A stretch of DNA of 64,000 bases, from positions 3,578 to 67,577 of the IMG/VR virus record IMGVR_UViG_3300035183_000469; one strand, 5' to 3'. The position numbers and the translations under genes are program-made. Below are positions 35,714 to 47,600 of the stretch, piece by piece. The notes below the pieces were generated by a model. It was not told where the DNA came from and made no database searches. It worked only from the letters and a program-made list of their open reading frames with translations. Origin of the DNA: a virus. Within the stretch, counting starts at the first letter, position 1; each line of letters begins with the position of its first letter.

Positions 35714-35951
35714 CTGTTAAAATTACTTTTGACTTTGTACCAAAATGCTTTTCGTAATAGCAATCCAGAATCATCAACTGGGCGTCAGTCAGACACACAT
35801 CAAACAGTCGCCACATGTTCAGCAATGTGACCCTCATCTCCGTTAAATGATGCGACGGCTTTCCGATGCAGTTATACTGCGTCTCCTTGCATGCGATGGA
35901 GCAAATTTTGTCCTCGATCGAACACTTCAATGAAGCACGCAGGTCTATCAT
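35706..35951 (-). CDS. Small Cys-rich structural protein
   Basis: Coupled between the two fibre genes. Confidence 0.5.
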   Translation of the reverse strand: MIDLRASLKCSIEDKICSIACKETQYNCIGKPSHHLTEMRVTLLNMWRLFDVCLTDAQLMILDCYYEKHFGTKSKVILTDG

Positions 35952-37393
35952 AGTTCAACAAACGCAATTAAGTCGGAATCTACCGTTAATGATTCTATCG
36001 GATATGTGAACGAGCCGCTTGCCGGCACATTGGAATATGACCCCGTGATGCGAGCCGTGCTTGCGCCGGAGGTGTATAGCGCAATACCGGACGAAGAACC
36101 GGACACCAGATATGCGTTTTTCAATATCAGGGACTGGCTCGAATTTGCCATCTCAATAACCCTGTTGCCGGACACCGTGCTGTCGTTTCGTACAACGGCA
36201 TTATTCAGTTGAATCCATCCAGCCGTTGCATTACTAAATGATACCGTGGCTGCAACAGATGAATTGTTTGCCACATTCGCATTACAGATGATAATGCCGT
36301 CTCCCGGCGGATTATCACATCGTATGGCACTATAATCACCTGTCGTCCGCACGCGACCATTCAATACTAAGAACCCACCAACATTTACAGCCCCATGGCA
36401 ACCGGACGATGTCACCTCACCATTGACGGTAAGCTGCCCGCGATTGCACCCAACGGCGCTACAATACGATCCAGGACTATCCGATGATGTGACACTAACA
36501 TCCCCGTTCCATTCAACAATAGCGCTACCACCGCTTATGACAAAAACACCTGCATTAACACTGTTTGGGTTTGACGTGGTTTTCTTTACGTTACATATCC
36601 ACCGATGCGTTCCCGTCCCAAACCGAGCTGCCGGCGAACGCGATACCGAAGCCGTATTGTCCATTACGTCTCCTGTGATATACCCTGTTGTAGTATAATT
36701 ACGGACATCAAGACAGCTTGCGCCGGTTGTAGTGCATTCACGGAACGTAATTTTGAAAGTTCCATTCTGAAAAGCCATTGCATGACTTAATGTGTCCAAC
36801 CCCGTTGATTTGATAACCTGAGCGGTGATGTCATAATTTGCCGCATTCACAGAACTCATGGCGGCAAGAGTACGGTATTGTGACGTAAGAACGCCATAGC
36901 CACCGATGACAATGTTCAATGAATTGGACGTGTTGTCAATGATGGACTGACCGGCGCCGGCATCAATAGTTGCGCCTAAAGAAAGCCATATTTTTATGTT
37001 GTTTTTAACTACACTGTCAGACCCTATATGAATAGCGTACTCATTATATGTGCCGGGAAACACATAAATGGCTTTCGTACCGCTTGAATCCACGGCAGCT
37101 ACTGCCCCTTTAATGGTCTTAAACATCTTCGTCAGACTGCCCACCTCGGCCGTAGCATCATCACCACATGGCGTAACAAAAGCGGTATTCTGTACACAAA
37201 TGCCAAAGACGGCGGTGTCCTTAACATCACACACCTTAGCCGCAACCTTTGTCACCACGGTAGCCAATGGCTCCCCTTCTACCACCCCTAAAGACGACAG
37301 ACAGGATGATACAGCGGCATCCCACTCAATGCCTGAAACCTCGTCGCACCCCTTGTTTTCGTGGCAATCAGAACAGTTACCCATTATGGACAT
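35948..37393 (-). CDS. Tail spike with pectin-lyase-like beta-helix
   Basis: 'GDDATA..GS..K.FKTI.GAV.A......IYVFPGTYNE' beta-helix cap followed by Gly/Ser/Asn-rich beta repeats. Confidence 0.75.
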   Translation of the reverse strand: MSIMGNCSDCHENKGCDEVSGIEWDAAVSSCLSSLGVVEGEPLATVVTKVAAKVCDVKDTAVFGICVQNTAFVTPCGDDATAEVGSLTKMFKTIKGAVAAVDSSGTKAIYVFPGTYNEYAIHIGSDSVVKNNIKIWLSLGATIDAGAGQSIIDNTSNSLNIVIGGYGVLTSQYRTLAAMSSVNAANYDITAQVIKSTGLDTLSHAMAFQNGTFKITFRECTTTGASCLDVRNYTTTGYITGDVMDNTASVSRSPAARFGTGTHRWICNVKKTTSNPNSVNAGVFVISGGSAIVEWNGDVSVTSSDSPGSYCSAVGCNRGQLTVNGEVTSSGCHGAVNVGGFLVLNGRVRTTGDYSAIRCDNPPGDGIIICNANVANNSSVAATVSFSNATAGWIQLNNAVVRNDSTVSGNRVIEMANSSQSLILKNAYLVSGSSSGIALYTSGASTARITGSYSNVPASGSFTYPIESLTVDSDLIAFVEL

Positions 37394-38598
37394 ATTTTTT
37401 GGAGCGCCGCCAAATTATTACGAACCTTGTTCAGATAATTGGTGGCACAAACACAATCACAAGATGTCTTATTCTGCGATGCAATGACCATCGTGTCGAA
37501 ATCTGAATCGAGCATGCATATTTTACCCTGAATATCAGGTGTGCAATCGCAGTCAGAAGCATACTGACTTAGCTTGAAACTGTTAATCTCATTGCGGATA
37601 TTACAGTAAAGAAAAACAGATTCGGTCACTGACCCAACAAGCGTCTCGGTATTTGCCGAACTGATGGTCGGCACCACGGATGTTGCCGATGGACTTATCT
37701 TGGTAACATCGGGTAAGCAGCCTGTAAACTCCAATGCTGTGATGTCCGCCGTACCGCAACTATCCACCAATAAAATACCGGTTGACGGCACAGGAACAAA
37801 CCCACCGGACGAATATACGCCCACCCCTACATTGTTTATGGCGGACACTACATCCGTCCAACTCGACACGGAAACATTTATGGTATAAACCGTTACGCCA
37901 ATGGTCACCGATACCAATGTCGCCGGAAACGAGAAAGAACTACATGCCGTGAAATCAAATTGATAGGCAACCTGTTCGTCACTGAAACCAATATTGCCAT
38001 AGGTATGCGTGTAAGACGAAACGGTGACAATATTGGTTGCGGTGTCCATCGTAAAATACCCCAAACTAAGTGTGTTAAGCCAATCTAACACCTCCGAAGG
38101 CGACGAAAGGGGCGTTGTGCTATAATGCGTATCGCCGTCTATGACAATAGATGTACAATACGACGGAGTAACCATCCCTGAAATGTTCCACGAATACGTT
38201 CCAACGCTTTCGGTGGCATAAACATCGTACTTAAAAACCCAGCATCCATCCGAAAAACATGACGTATTAAAAGCGGTTGCTGAATCGGAAGAGACAGCCC
38301 CACACCCACAATCATTATCGGTGGTATTGGCCGGCGAACCGGCACCGGAAATGGTAAGGTCGGCACACGTTATCGTAAGCGGCGACGGATTCTTTGGCAG
38401 GTAGTCTTTTCCCAATACAATCTGCTCCCCGGCAGGAGTGGTAATAGTAATTTCTGTCCTTGTAACATCCTGCCTGGACACATTCGGCGAATTGTACCCA
38501 CACGTACACGTTTCCGAATCGTAAAAACATGTCGTATCCTTTAGATACAATTCGCTGCAATCCTCAGATTGCTGCACGGTTATGGTTGGAACTAACAC
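37384..38598 (-). CDS. Tail hub / fibre-attachment protein (Cys-rich)
   Basis: L.DTT..Y......GY N-terminus, FSDG.W...Y, C-terminal CDC helical region. Confidence 0.6.
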   Translation of the reverse strand: MLVPTITVQQSEDCSELYLKDTTCFYDSETCTCGYNSPNVSRQDVTRTEITITTPAGEQIVLGKDYLPKNPSPLTITCADLTISGAGSPANTTDNDCGCGAVSSDSATAFNTSCFSDGCWVFKYDVYATESVGTYSWNISGMVTPSYCTSIVIDGDTHYSTTPLSSPSEVLDWLNTLSLGYFTMDTATNIVTVSSYTHTYGNIGFSDEQVAYQFDFTACSSFSFPATLVSVTIGVTVYTINVSVSSWTDVVSAINNVGVGVYSSGGFVPVPSTGILLVDSCGTADITALEFTGCLPDVTKISPSATSVVPTISSANTETLVGSVTESVFLYCNIRNEINSFKLSQYASDCDCTPDIQGKICMLDSDFDTMVIASQNKTSCDCVCATNYLNKVRNNLAALQKICP

Positions 38599-38602
38599 AA
38601 TT

Positions 38603-38610
38603 CAAAGTTA
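38603..38610 (-). promoter_or_regulatory. Bacteroidota -7 promoter element for the tail-fibre block
   Basis: TAACTTTG on the minus strand just before the 38598 start. Confidence 0.45.
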
Positions 38611-38647
38611 TTTAGTATTCCACTAATCAACGCATTTTTTATTCACA

Positions 38648-41600
38648 TCACTTGGCCGTGCCAAGTGTGGTTGTCATCGTATAGATTTTGTATGGCAGCC
38701 CCATACCCTGTACGGCCACCTTCATCGTTTTATCCGCCCCTCTAATGAACCGCTCCCTTGCTTCTGCGCTGTCCTCAAGGCTCGTGGCGCTATAAAAGTC
38801 CGCCACCGCATCCATGGACTGATTAACCAAATCAAGAGCCGGATTATCAATGTCGTTTCTCCATTTATATTCATCTACCCTTGACCATATCCCGGAGCCA
38901 ATGGCTCCCATGATAGGAAAGTTGCCCATAAACTCTCGTCCGGCACCAATGAACAGGCTTTTGACGTCGTCATCATCGTCCTTTTTACGGTATCCGGATA
39001 TCTGCATATTCAATAAATTGACTGCCGCAACCCAGAAAGAATTGTAAATGCCAACATTGATAAGATAATTTCTGAACGTTGAGAAATTCTTGGACGTAGG
39101 GTTGTTTAGATACCTAAACCACGATTCGCTCATTAGGTTGTATTGCTTTTGCAACTGACCGGTAAACAGAAACACGCCACGCATCAAAGGATTATTGCTT
39201 CGTTGCAACGGCGTTTTCGTCACCGGGTCATAACCATGTTGCGTCCGCAACACCACCTCCTCTGCATAGTACGCCACCTTTTTATTGAACGCCTCCGACC
39301 CCGGCTGTAAATCAGGAAACCGCTTGGCCACATCCAGCTTCACTGACTCCACAATACCAATAATAGTGGCATTGTCTGAAAACCGTATCGGCTTCATCCC
39401 CTCGTCTCCTATTCTGCGAACCACCCTCTTGGTGTTGCCCCATGTGTCCTTGCTGTATGGTGACGCATCGCCAAATGGATTCATAGACGATGTCGCATTC
39501 ACTTCATACACAATGCTGTCCGACATCCCAAGCATCCTATTGTATAATGCGGGCGAATACTTTTTTATGAACGCAATCGTATTGGCTGCGCCGGCGGCAT
39601 TCTGCCATTTGGCCACTGATAACACATTCGTCCTAAGTACCAATGGAAGATTATACCATAGGCTGCCTGACGAAACCATCTGATTCGCCATCGAATAGCT
39701 GATGCCCTGTTTTAAGAACGCAGAAAAGTTGAACGCAAGACGAGAAACGCCATAGTTGCGCATGATGGTGCTGAACGTCTTGTTCTGGTCTACCCGCAAA
39801 AACTTAAACGACGTGTCTACGGCATCACTAATATACCGGTCTATCCAGTCCACCTCCTGACCAAATCCCTTATTGCGCAACTCACGTCCATTGTCGTTGC
39901 GGAATTTTATCAGGTTGTCAAGCGGAACTTTATATGCCACATAATTTGACATGCCGTCAATATACCGTCTGACCAGCGTCAAGGCGTCCACCAACGCCAA
40001 CGCGTCTTTCGACCGCGTCCTTGGTTTCAGGAAACTCATGTCACCAACCATCCTCTGCGAAGCCAGATGAAAATTCTCGTGTTCGCCACCAATAATAATC
40101 GGGAAATACTCATCCACCAGCCGTAACGCCATGCCTGTGTCTATCTCGTACTGCCGGCTGATACGGTCAGCAAAGGTATCTCTGAGAGACGCCCACGCTT
40201 TGGCAAAAGCACTGTATTCAGGTGTATTGTCCACGATCTCAGACATGCGCATAAAATCGTCCTCATTAAACCGCATCCGTCTCACCTTGTCACGGTCTAT
40301 ATGATAATCGGCACCACTTCCATGAATGGTCACACCGTCATCATCCACCACATCCATCCGCCCATCACGCTGCCCTCTCTGACGAAGAGATAATACCAAC
40401 GAAAGAAACTCGCCCTTCGTTATCTCGTGTTCAACCCCGTCATACGTTGTAAATTTCTGTTTTTCTATATTGGCAAAACTGTCCGGGTTTCCCTCGGTGC
40501 TCCCCTTCATAATTGCCTTAAACACCGGCGCCATAATCTCACGCCCAACCATCTGCATCTCATTGGCCACACGCCATCCGTTCATTAAAGGGCGCACCAG
40601 CAACTTATACCCAACGGAATCCTCAGACCCAAACAGACGCACCCCAATGGTGTTTATGTTGCTTCCAAGAAGTGACATTTTCTTTACAGCACGGCGCGCC
40701 GCAGAAGAAAGACCAGACAGCCTTCCATTCATAATGGGCAACAATGCCCTGGCGATAACATTTTTTTTCAGCGTGTTCTGTTGCCTGGCGTGGGTGTCAT
40801 CTATCTCACCTACCATCGCTGCATTTGCTCTCGTGGCATCAACCGCAGTACCGCTTGCTGTAATGTAGTTATTCTGCCGAACTCGCTGCTGCTCAATAAA
40901 TGCCTGCATCGCCATCAGACGATGACGAAGCAACGCGGTCTTTGAATCAAGAGCAACGTCTCTGGGGTTGTTCAAATAATCCATCAGGTTGTTCATGACA
41001 ACCTTGTCCGCAAGCGCCTCATTCACTTCCGCACGAAATGTCTTACTGAACTGCTCCGATTCGCCAATAGCATCCATCATACTGGGTACCTCAACAAATG
41101 TCCCATCATCCAACCCGACCCTCCTCCGTGTTCCGTTGACCATGTTGCGTATACCGCGCTCAGGGTCGCCCTTGAACCTGCCCATCTCCTTGCGTAATGC
41201 ACCGTCCAAATGACTCGACACCTCTAAAGTTCCGGGTGACATAATAGGCGATTCCATATTACCAAAACTGATCGGGTCGCCATATGCATCCTTTACAAAC
41301 GAAACCGCCGTAGTGTCCACAAGGCCAAGACGAGAAGTAATCTCCGGCGACGTCATCGCATTCTTGAAATAAGTAAAAACAGAATAGATGTCACGCTGTA
41401 TCCCTGTAAACGAAGACGGGTCATTACCCCATGTGCCATGCCTCAATTCATCCCACATCGCCTCCGCAAACCTTTCCTTCCCGCCATTCCGGTTAATAAT
41501 ACTTTGTATCTCAGGCTTGACATACAATGCTTCGACTACCTGTGCTGATGCCTCTCTGGTCATAACTCCCATCAAAGCATCTAAGTCATCGGTTTTCATG

Positions 41601-44600
41601 TTTGCCCATTGCATGATAGATGACAGTTTTTTATCAGGCATCTCGTCAAGGTCAACCCCCTGTGTCGTCTTTAGTATGCTCTTCACATCAGCCGCATCGG
41701 ATTCCCTTGACATCACCTTTGCAATCCTCGATACGTTCTGATTGATACGGAACGGATCGTGAAATACCCCATCCTTGTCCCGCGTCCGCATCTCCTCCGG
41801 CTTAATTTCTCCATCTTGTTCTCTGTGTTTTGCCTGTTCAATTCTAATATCATATCCACTCATCTTCGTGATCTCCTTGCCGGAAAGCATCTTCTTTGAA
41901 GCCTTATGTGCAAAATCCTCTATTCGCATATAAGCCACATCCTCGCTCCCTTCATATCCAAACGCCTGTTTGATACTGTCCCAAAACTTACGATACCACC
42001 GAACAAGACGCTCCATTATGGGACGGTTGCCATACAATACGTTCATATAAGACTTGTCTATCACATGCTGCAACGCCTCCTCATAAAGGCGATCCCCATC
42101 CAACTCAGGATACATTTTTTTGATCTTGGACAAAAATCCCTTAGCCTTTGAAACCAACATCATTCCTTCGCGCCATAGCTTAGGATCGTGTACTTGTATG
42201 TACTCCGTCCATATGTGCCCAAATTCATGCATGAGCTGCCCCGGATGCATGCGCTCTTTATTCAAATAAATCGCTCCATCCCTTCCAACAAATCCGATAA
42301 CACTTTCTTCTGTTGCGCCATGACGTCTTTGGGCAGCACTAAAATCTTCGGATTCCAATATGTGTGTCCGAACATTCGGAAATGCTTTTCTTAGCAAGAA
42401 AAGAACTCTGCCTATTTGCTCGGTAATCCCACCGGATTGTCTGTCTGTATCCCGACCGGATTGTCTTTCTCTTTTCTCCTCTGGGGGTAAGTCCCTGTCT
42501 GGACGTTCCCCTGTATAGTCTTCTTCCGATGTTTTATCAGGAGACTCTTGTATGGCAGGTGCTTTATCTGCCCCTTCTGTGTTCGTACTATCATTTTCTT
42601 TAGGTTTACTTGATGACATTTTATTGCTATCGGCAGCTGGCTCGACATGCTTCGCCTTAATAGATTCCGCTTCTGCCATCATCCCACCAATCACTTCCTT
42701 CTCCGCAAAAAACATTCTTGAATATATTTCAATAACGTCTTGGTTAAGTTCATTGATGTCTCCAAAGTATTCTATTGCGCTTTCAATCTGCTGCTTGAAC
42801 CACTTGGCAAATTTTTCAAAAACCCTTCCTATGCTTGTTTTAGTGTCAGAAAAATGTCCTTCATATATTACCCTTTCCGCTCCCTTTGCAAAAGCCTCCG
42901 AAAATTCAGTTGTGCCTTTCTTATGACCGCTCCACTTCTCGACTACTTCAATTTCTTCATGAGTAAGAACGTCTTCAAACTCATGTGCCTTCTCGTGAAA
43001 AATCGTGGTTATATCTGATTTTTTTCCAAATACAGTCAGCGACTTCCCATTCTTCTTGACGATAGCACCTTTACCCTTTTGCTCTAAAAATTGATTACCA
43101 TGCTTCAATAGCGGCATATAAACATTACCACCAACTGAGTCGAACGCCTTTGTTTCTAATTTAGTCAGGCTATTCATCAAAACATCCCCCCCCGCCTTAT
43201 CGAACGCCTTTGTTTTTATGGTGGTCAGATTATTCATCCAAACACTCCCACTGGTTGAGTCGAACGCCTTTGTATTTAGGGTGGTCAGGCTATCCATCGA
43301 AACACTCCACCCAGCCGTATCGAACGCCTTTGTATTTAGGGTGGTCAGGCTATCCATCGAAACACCACCCACAACCGCTGAGTCGAAAGCCTTTGTATTT
43401 AGGGTGGTCAAGCCATTCATAGAAACATTCCCACCCGCCGTATCAAACGCCTTTGTATTTAATTCAGTCAGGCCATTCATCGAAACATCCAACCCGGCCG
43501 TATCGAACGCCTTTGCATTCAGGGTGGTCAGTTTATTCATCAAAACATCCCCTCCAGCCGTATCGAAAGCCTTTGTTTCTAATTTAGTCAGTTTATCCAT
43601 ATAAACATTCATCCCCGCTGTATCGAACGCCTTTGTATTTAATTCAGTCAGGCTACTCATATAAACATTCCTCCCCGCTGTATCGAACGCCTTTGTTTTT
43701 AATTTAGTCAGGCTATTCATATAAACATCCCACCGCACCTTATCGAATGCCTTTGTATTTAGGGTGGTCAGGTTTACCATATAAACACTCCCTCCAGCCG
43801 TATCGAACGCCTTTGTATTTAGGATGGTCAGGTTTTCCATATAAACATTCTCCCCAGCCGTATCAAACGCCTTTGTATTTAATTCAGTAAGGCTATTCAT
43901 CGAAACATCCAACTCCACTGTATCGAACGCCTTTGTTTTTAATTCAGTCAGACCATTCATAAAAACATTCAACGCTGAGTCGAACGCCTTTGTATTTAGG
44001 GTTGTCAGGTTATTCATCCAAACACTCCCTCCAGCCGTATCGAATGCCTTTGTATTTAGGGTGGTCAGGTTTTCCATATAAACAGTCCTCTCAGCCGTAT
44101 CGAAAGCCTTTGTATTTAATTCAGTCAGGGCATTCATCGAAACACTCCCTAAAATATGTGATGCGATCTTTCTTGTCAGCACACTTTCTTCTATTTTCAC
44201 ATCCCCTATCACAACAGCATTATCGTCCCAATTTTTTTCTGTGAACTCAGAAGAATAAAATACATTTTCTTCTGTCGTATCAAAGGCTTCTGCATAATCT
44301 TTTTTTGTTAAACTTTTCTTTGCATTTTCTAAATTATCAGTTCTATCCTTGTAATATTTTTTCCCGTAAATAATTGCAAGTTTTTCATCCTTGCTTAATT
44401 TAGAAGTATCTCCGTTTGCCTTTTTCAAACTTAATAAAGCATCTGAGTAGTTCATGTAATTCTCTAATGGAGCAAATGATATTTCTTTATGCGTATTCTT
44501 AAACGCAATAAAATCAGGCAAATCAATATCCCTTATGCCTTGCCCTTCCAGCAATCCGCCTATCTCTATGGCACTATTGCCGCTAACATGAAGCTGTAAT

Positions 44601-47600
44601 GTCGGATTGTTCTCTTTATTGGAATAGAAAATATAAATGTCCCCTGCATCCAAGTAGCTTTTCGCAGTTTCTTTACTACCTCCGGTACACCAACCACCCT
44701 TATACATACCAGATAATGCAGACATTTGATAAAACCTATCCACATCACCAGGAACATCCCGATTGAATTTGTACCATGTTCCTGTTGTCGTTTGATGATC
44801 TATATTACCTTCATATTGGCTTGTGTCTATCTTGGCTCCATTATAGTTGGCCTGTTCGTAGTAGTAATCGTGTATGACATTATTCGATGATTGTGCATAT
44901 GCAGTGGTTTTGTCAAGAAAAAGTGAAACAGGTGATTCGTGCATCGAAGCTGTTTCTTTCGTTCGCGGCTTTTTTGAAAACTTATCAGTAGCCTTATCGT
45001 AAGAAAAATCAAACTTCGTAATATTCTCCAGCACCAAAAGTTTCATCCCAAGCGGATATTCAGATGCTGAACGCAAATAACTTATTGTGCCAACTAAATT
45101 ATTCTTTTGTAGTTCCCTGTGTTTTGTGATATATGCATCCTTATCATTTTTAATCCCCTTCCACATTTCAGCCACCATAGAATTACCTGCCGATTCAGAC
45201 ATATCTATCTGTTTATCAATGTATGTGTCGGATAGGCTCTGAATGTAAAAATCATCTGTATTCTTTGCCCTATCTTCAAATAGAGCAAGTTCGGATTTCA
45301 TGGCTTTTATTACACCATCAATGTCTCTTGCATTTGCTAATATACGCTTGCCAGTTTCAGAACTGACTAAATACTTTATTATCCACTGATGTTCCAGATT
45401 CTCCGTATTAAATCCAAAATTCTTTAGTTTGGGATTATTTTGTGCTGCATTTTTCAAATTATCATTTGGCTGCATAAGAATCTCTGCCTCACCTTCTGTC
45501 TTGAGGTCACCGTAAATAGCATTGAATTGCTGCAATGCTTCTTTCGTGTCTATTGGAGTTTTGACCCTAACGGCACGATTTGATTTGAGATAATCTTCAA
45601 ACGATACCCCCAACCGCTTTGCGATATTCCTGCCTACGTTCATTATCACGGGAATAACTTTACCCCTCTGTTCTTTGTTTGGCAGAACGGATTCTAATAC
45701 TTTACGTATCCGGGATTCTGCTGCATTGTCATAAGTTTCTCCAATTTTTCTTCTCGTGTTTGTACTTACATCTATGATACCATCCTTTCTTGATGTGTTG
45801 CTACCCAATAGTGTATCGTAAAAATTATCATTAACTCTAATGTCAAATTCACCACTCAATCTTGCTTTCAAAAATTCCCTAAAAGCAGATGGTGTATTAT
45901 TCTCAGAATAAACAAAGCCATTTTCCCGGAGTAAACTCTGAGTCCTATCTACATCATATCCCTTTTCTTTAGCTTTATTTATTAAGTGTTCAACTTCTTC
46001 AATTTCAGATTCTGTTAATTCTCTATATTCCCCGTCTGGATTATACTTAACAACAGAATTAGCCCTTCTTCCTTCAAATCTTTTTAATATATCCGCTTTT
46101 TTATCTTCTATATCTTTATTCGTATTCTCCTTAGCCACCCTCGCCCGGTCAATATGATCTTTGGTCATCTCAGACAATGTCTGCAACGGCAATATTTTCC
46201 CTTCGCTCGGTCGCGCAACATACTTATTAAACGCATTCATGGCATGCTTGGCATCGCCGAATCCGGCATCCCGCGCATAGCCGGACATCGCATCATAATC
46301 CTCTTTGCTTAATCCATCGTAAAGGTTCTTCTTCACCTCTTTGGCCACATTCGGTCTTTCTTTTTCCAATACACTAAACAATGCCGAACTGATCTCTCCC
46401 TCAGGCAACACCCCCTCCTTCAACACCCTTTCCATTAACCCATTGATGGTATCTATCTGTTTCCCGTAATACGCTGTATCAGACGCCAAATCTCCTTCCA
46501 CGAGATTCTTTACCACCGGATCAAGCGTCTTTGTCCGTTCACCGACAACACTTGTCGTATCATCTAAAAGACCATCATAGACCTTTCGGTTGTAAAACAA
46601 ATCAAACAACTGCTTGCGTGCCTGTTCATTTGCCGTAGTGTATTGCTTCGGGAAACGCTCATTAAACTCCGTCACTGCACTAATCATTCGGTCTATATTA
46701 TCGAAAATATTATTTCGCTCAGACGCATTCATTTTTCCGGCTTCCACGCGCTCGTTTACCTTCCGTTTGATATACGACACCTGACTATAATCACCCGTCT
46801 CAACTGCTTTCTTTATCACCTGATGCGCCGAATCGTAAACGATGGGGTGAAGCATCCCAAGGCTGCCGGAAAAAGCCATGCCGGTAAGCGCAGAGAAAAG
46901 AACGTCGGAAAACAATTCCTTCATCTGCTCCTTACTACCAAACTCAGGGTATCCGAATTTCCCCCGCCCCGGCTCAGACGATACATCAGAAAAATATGAG
47001 TCGTATATGTCTGTCGCCGCATCATGGACGGCGGCAGATAAACCGGTAAACGTGGCAAACTGTAAACCACCCTCCGCCCCATGCAATATAAACTGCTTCG
47101 CATAATCAACGCTACGATCAGCCATACCATCTATCACCGGCCTTACATAATCCCTGAAAGCAATATCAGACAGCTTTTTGCCGCCAAACTGCTTCTGCAC
47201 ATCATCAATGGTCGCCCTTGTAACACCACGCGCAAAATTTCTCATGGCGGTCTTGTCCAGCAGATTGGATACGCCCCGAAAAGAAACTGCTGCTGCCGCC
47301 AACCCAGTCATGGCCATCATCGGCGCCATATAATCAAAATCTTTTCCGGTAATGCCAGCATTTTTAAGCTCGTCCACCGAAGCCGTAAGAAGCTGTGCAC
47401 CAAATGTAGCTGTAGATGCTGCCTTCTGTATAGCAGACGCCCCCTTTGATACACCCAACAATGACGGGATAATACCAGACTCGGAAAAAGTTGAAGAAAG
47501 TAATGACAATGCGCCAATCCCTTCGGTCGCAAACGCAATCGTTACGATAGGCAACACCATTCCGATCAGGCTCCCCATCCCCCGCATAAAATTTCCTGCG

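Noticed and set aside
43118-44137. CRISPR array or DGR template/variable repeats
   Set aside because: The repeats are in-frame coding units with no unique spacers. Variation is not restricted to adenines, and no reverse transcriptase or cas genes are in the window.
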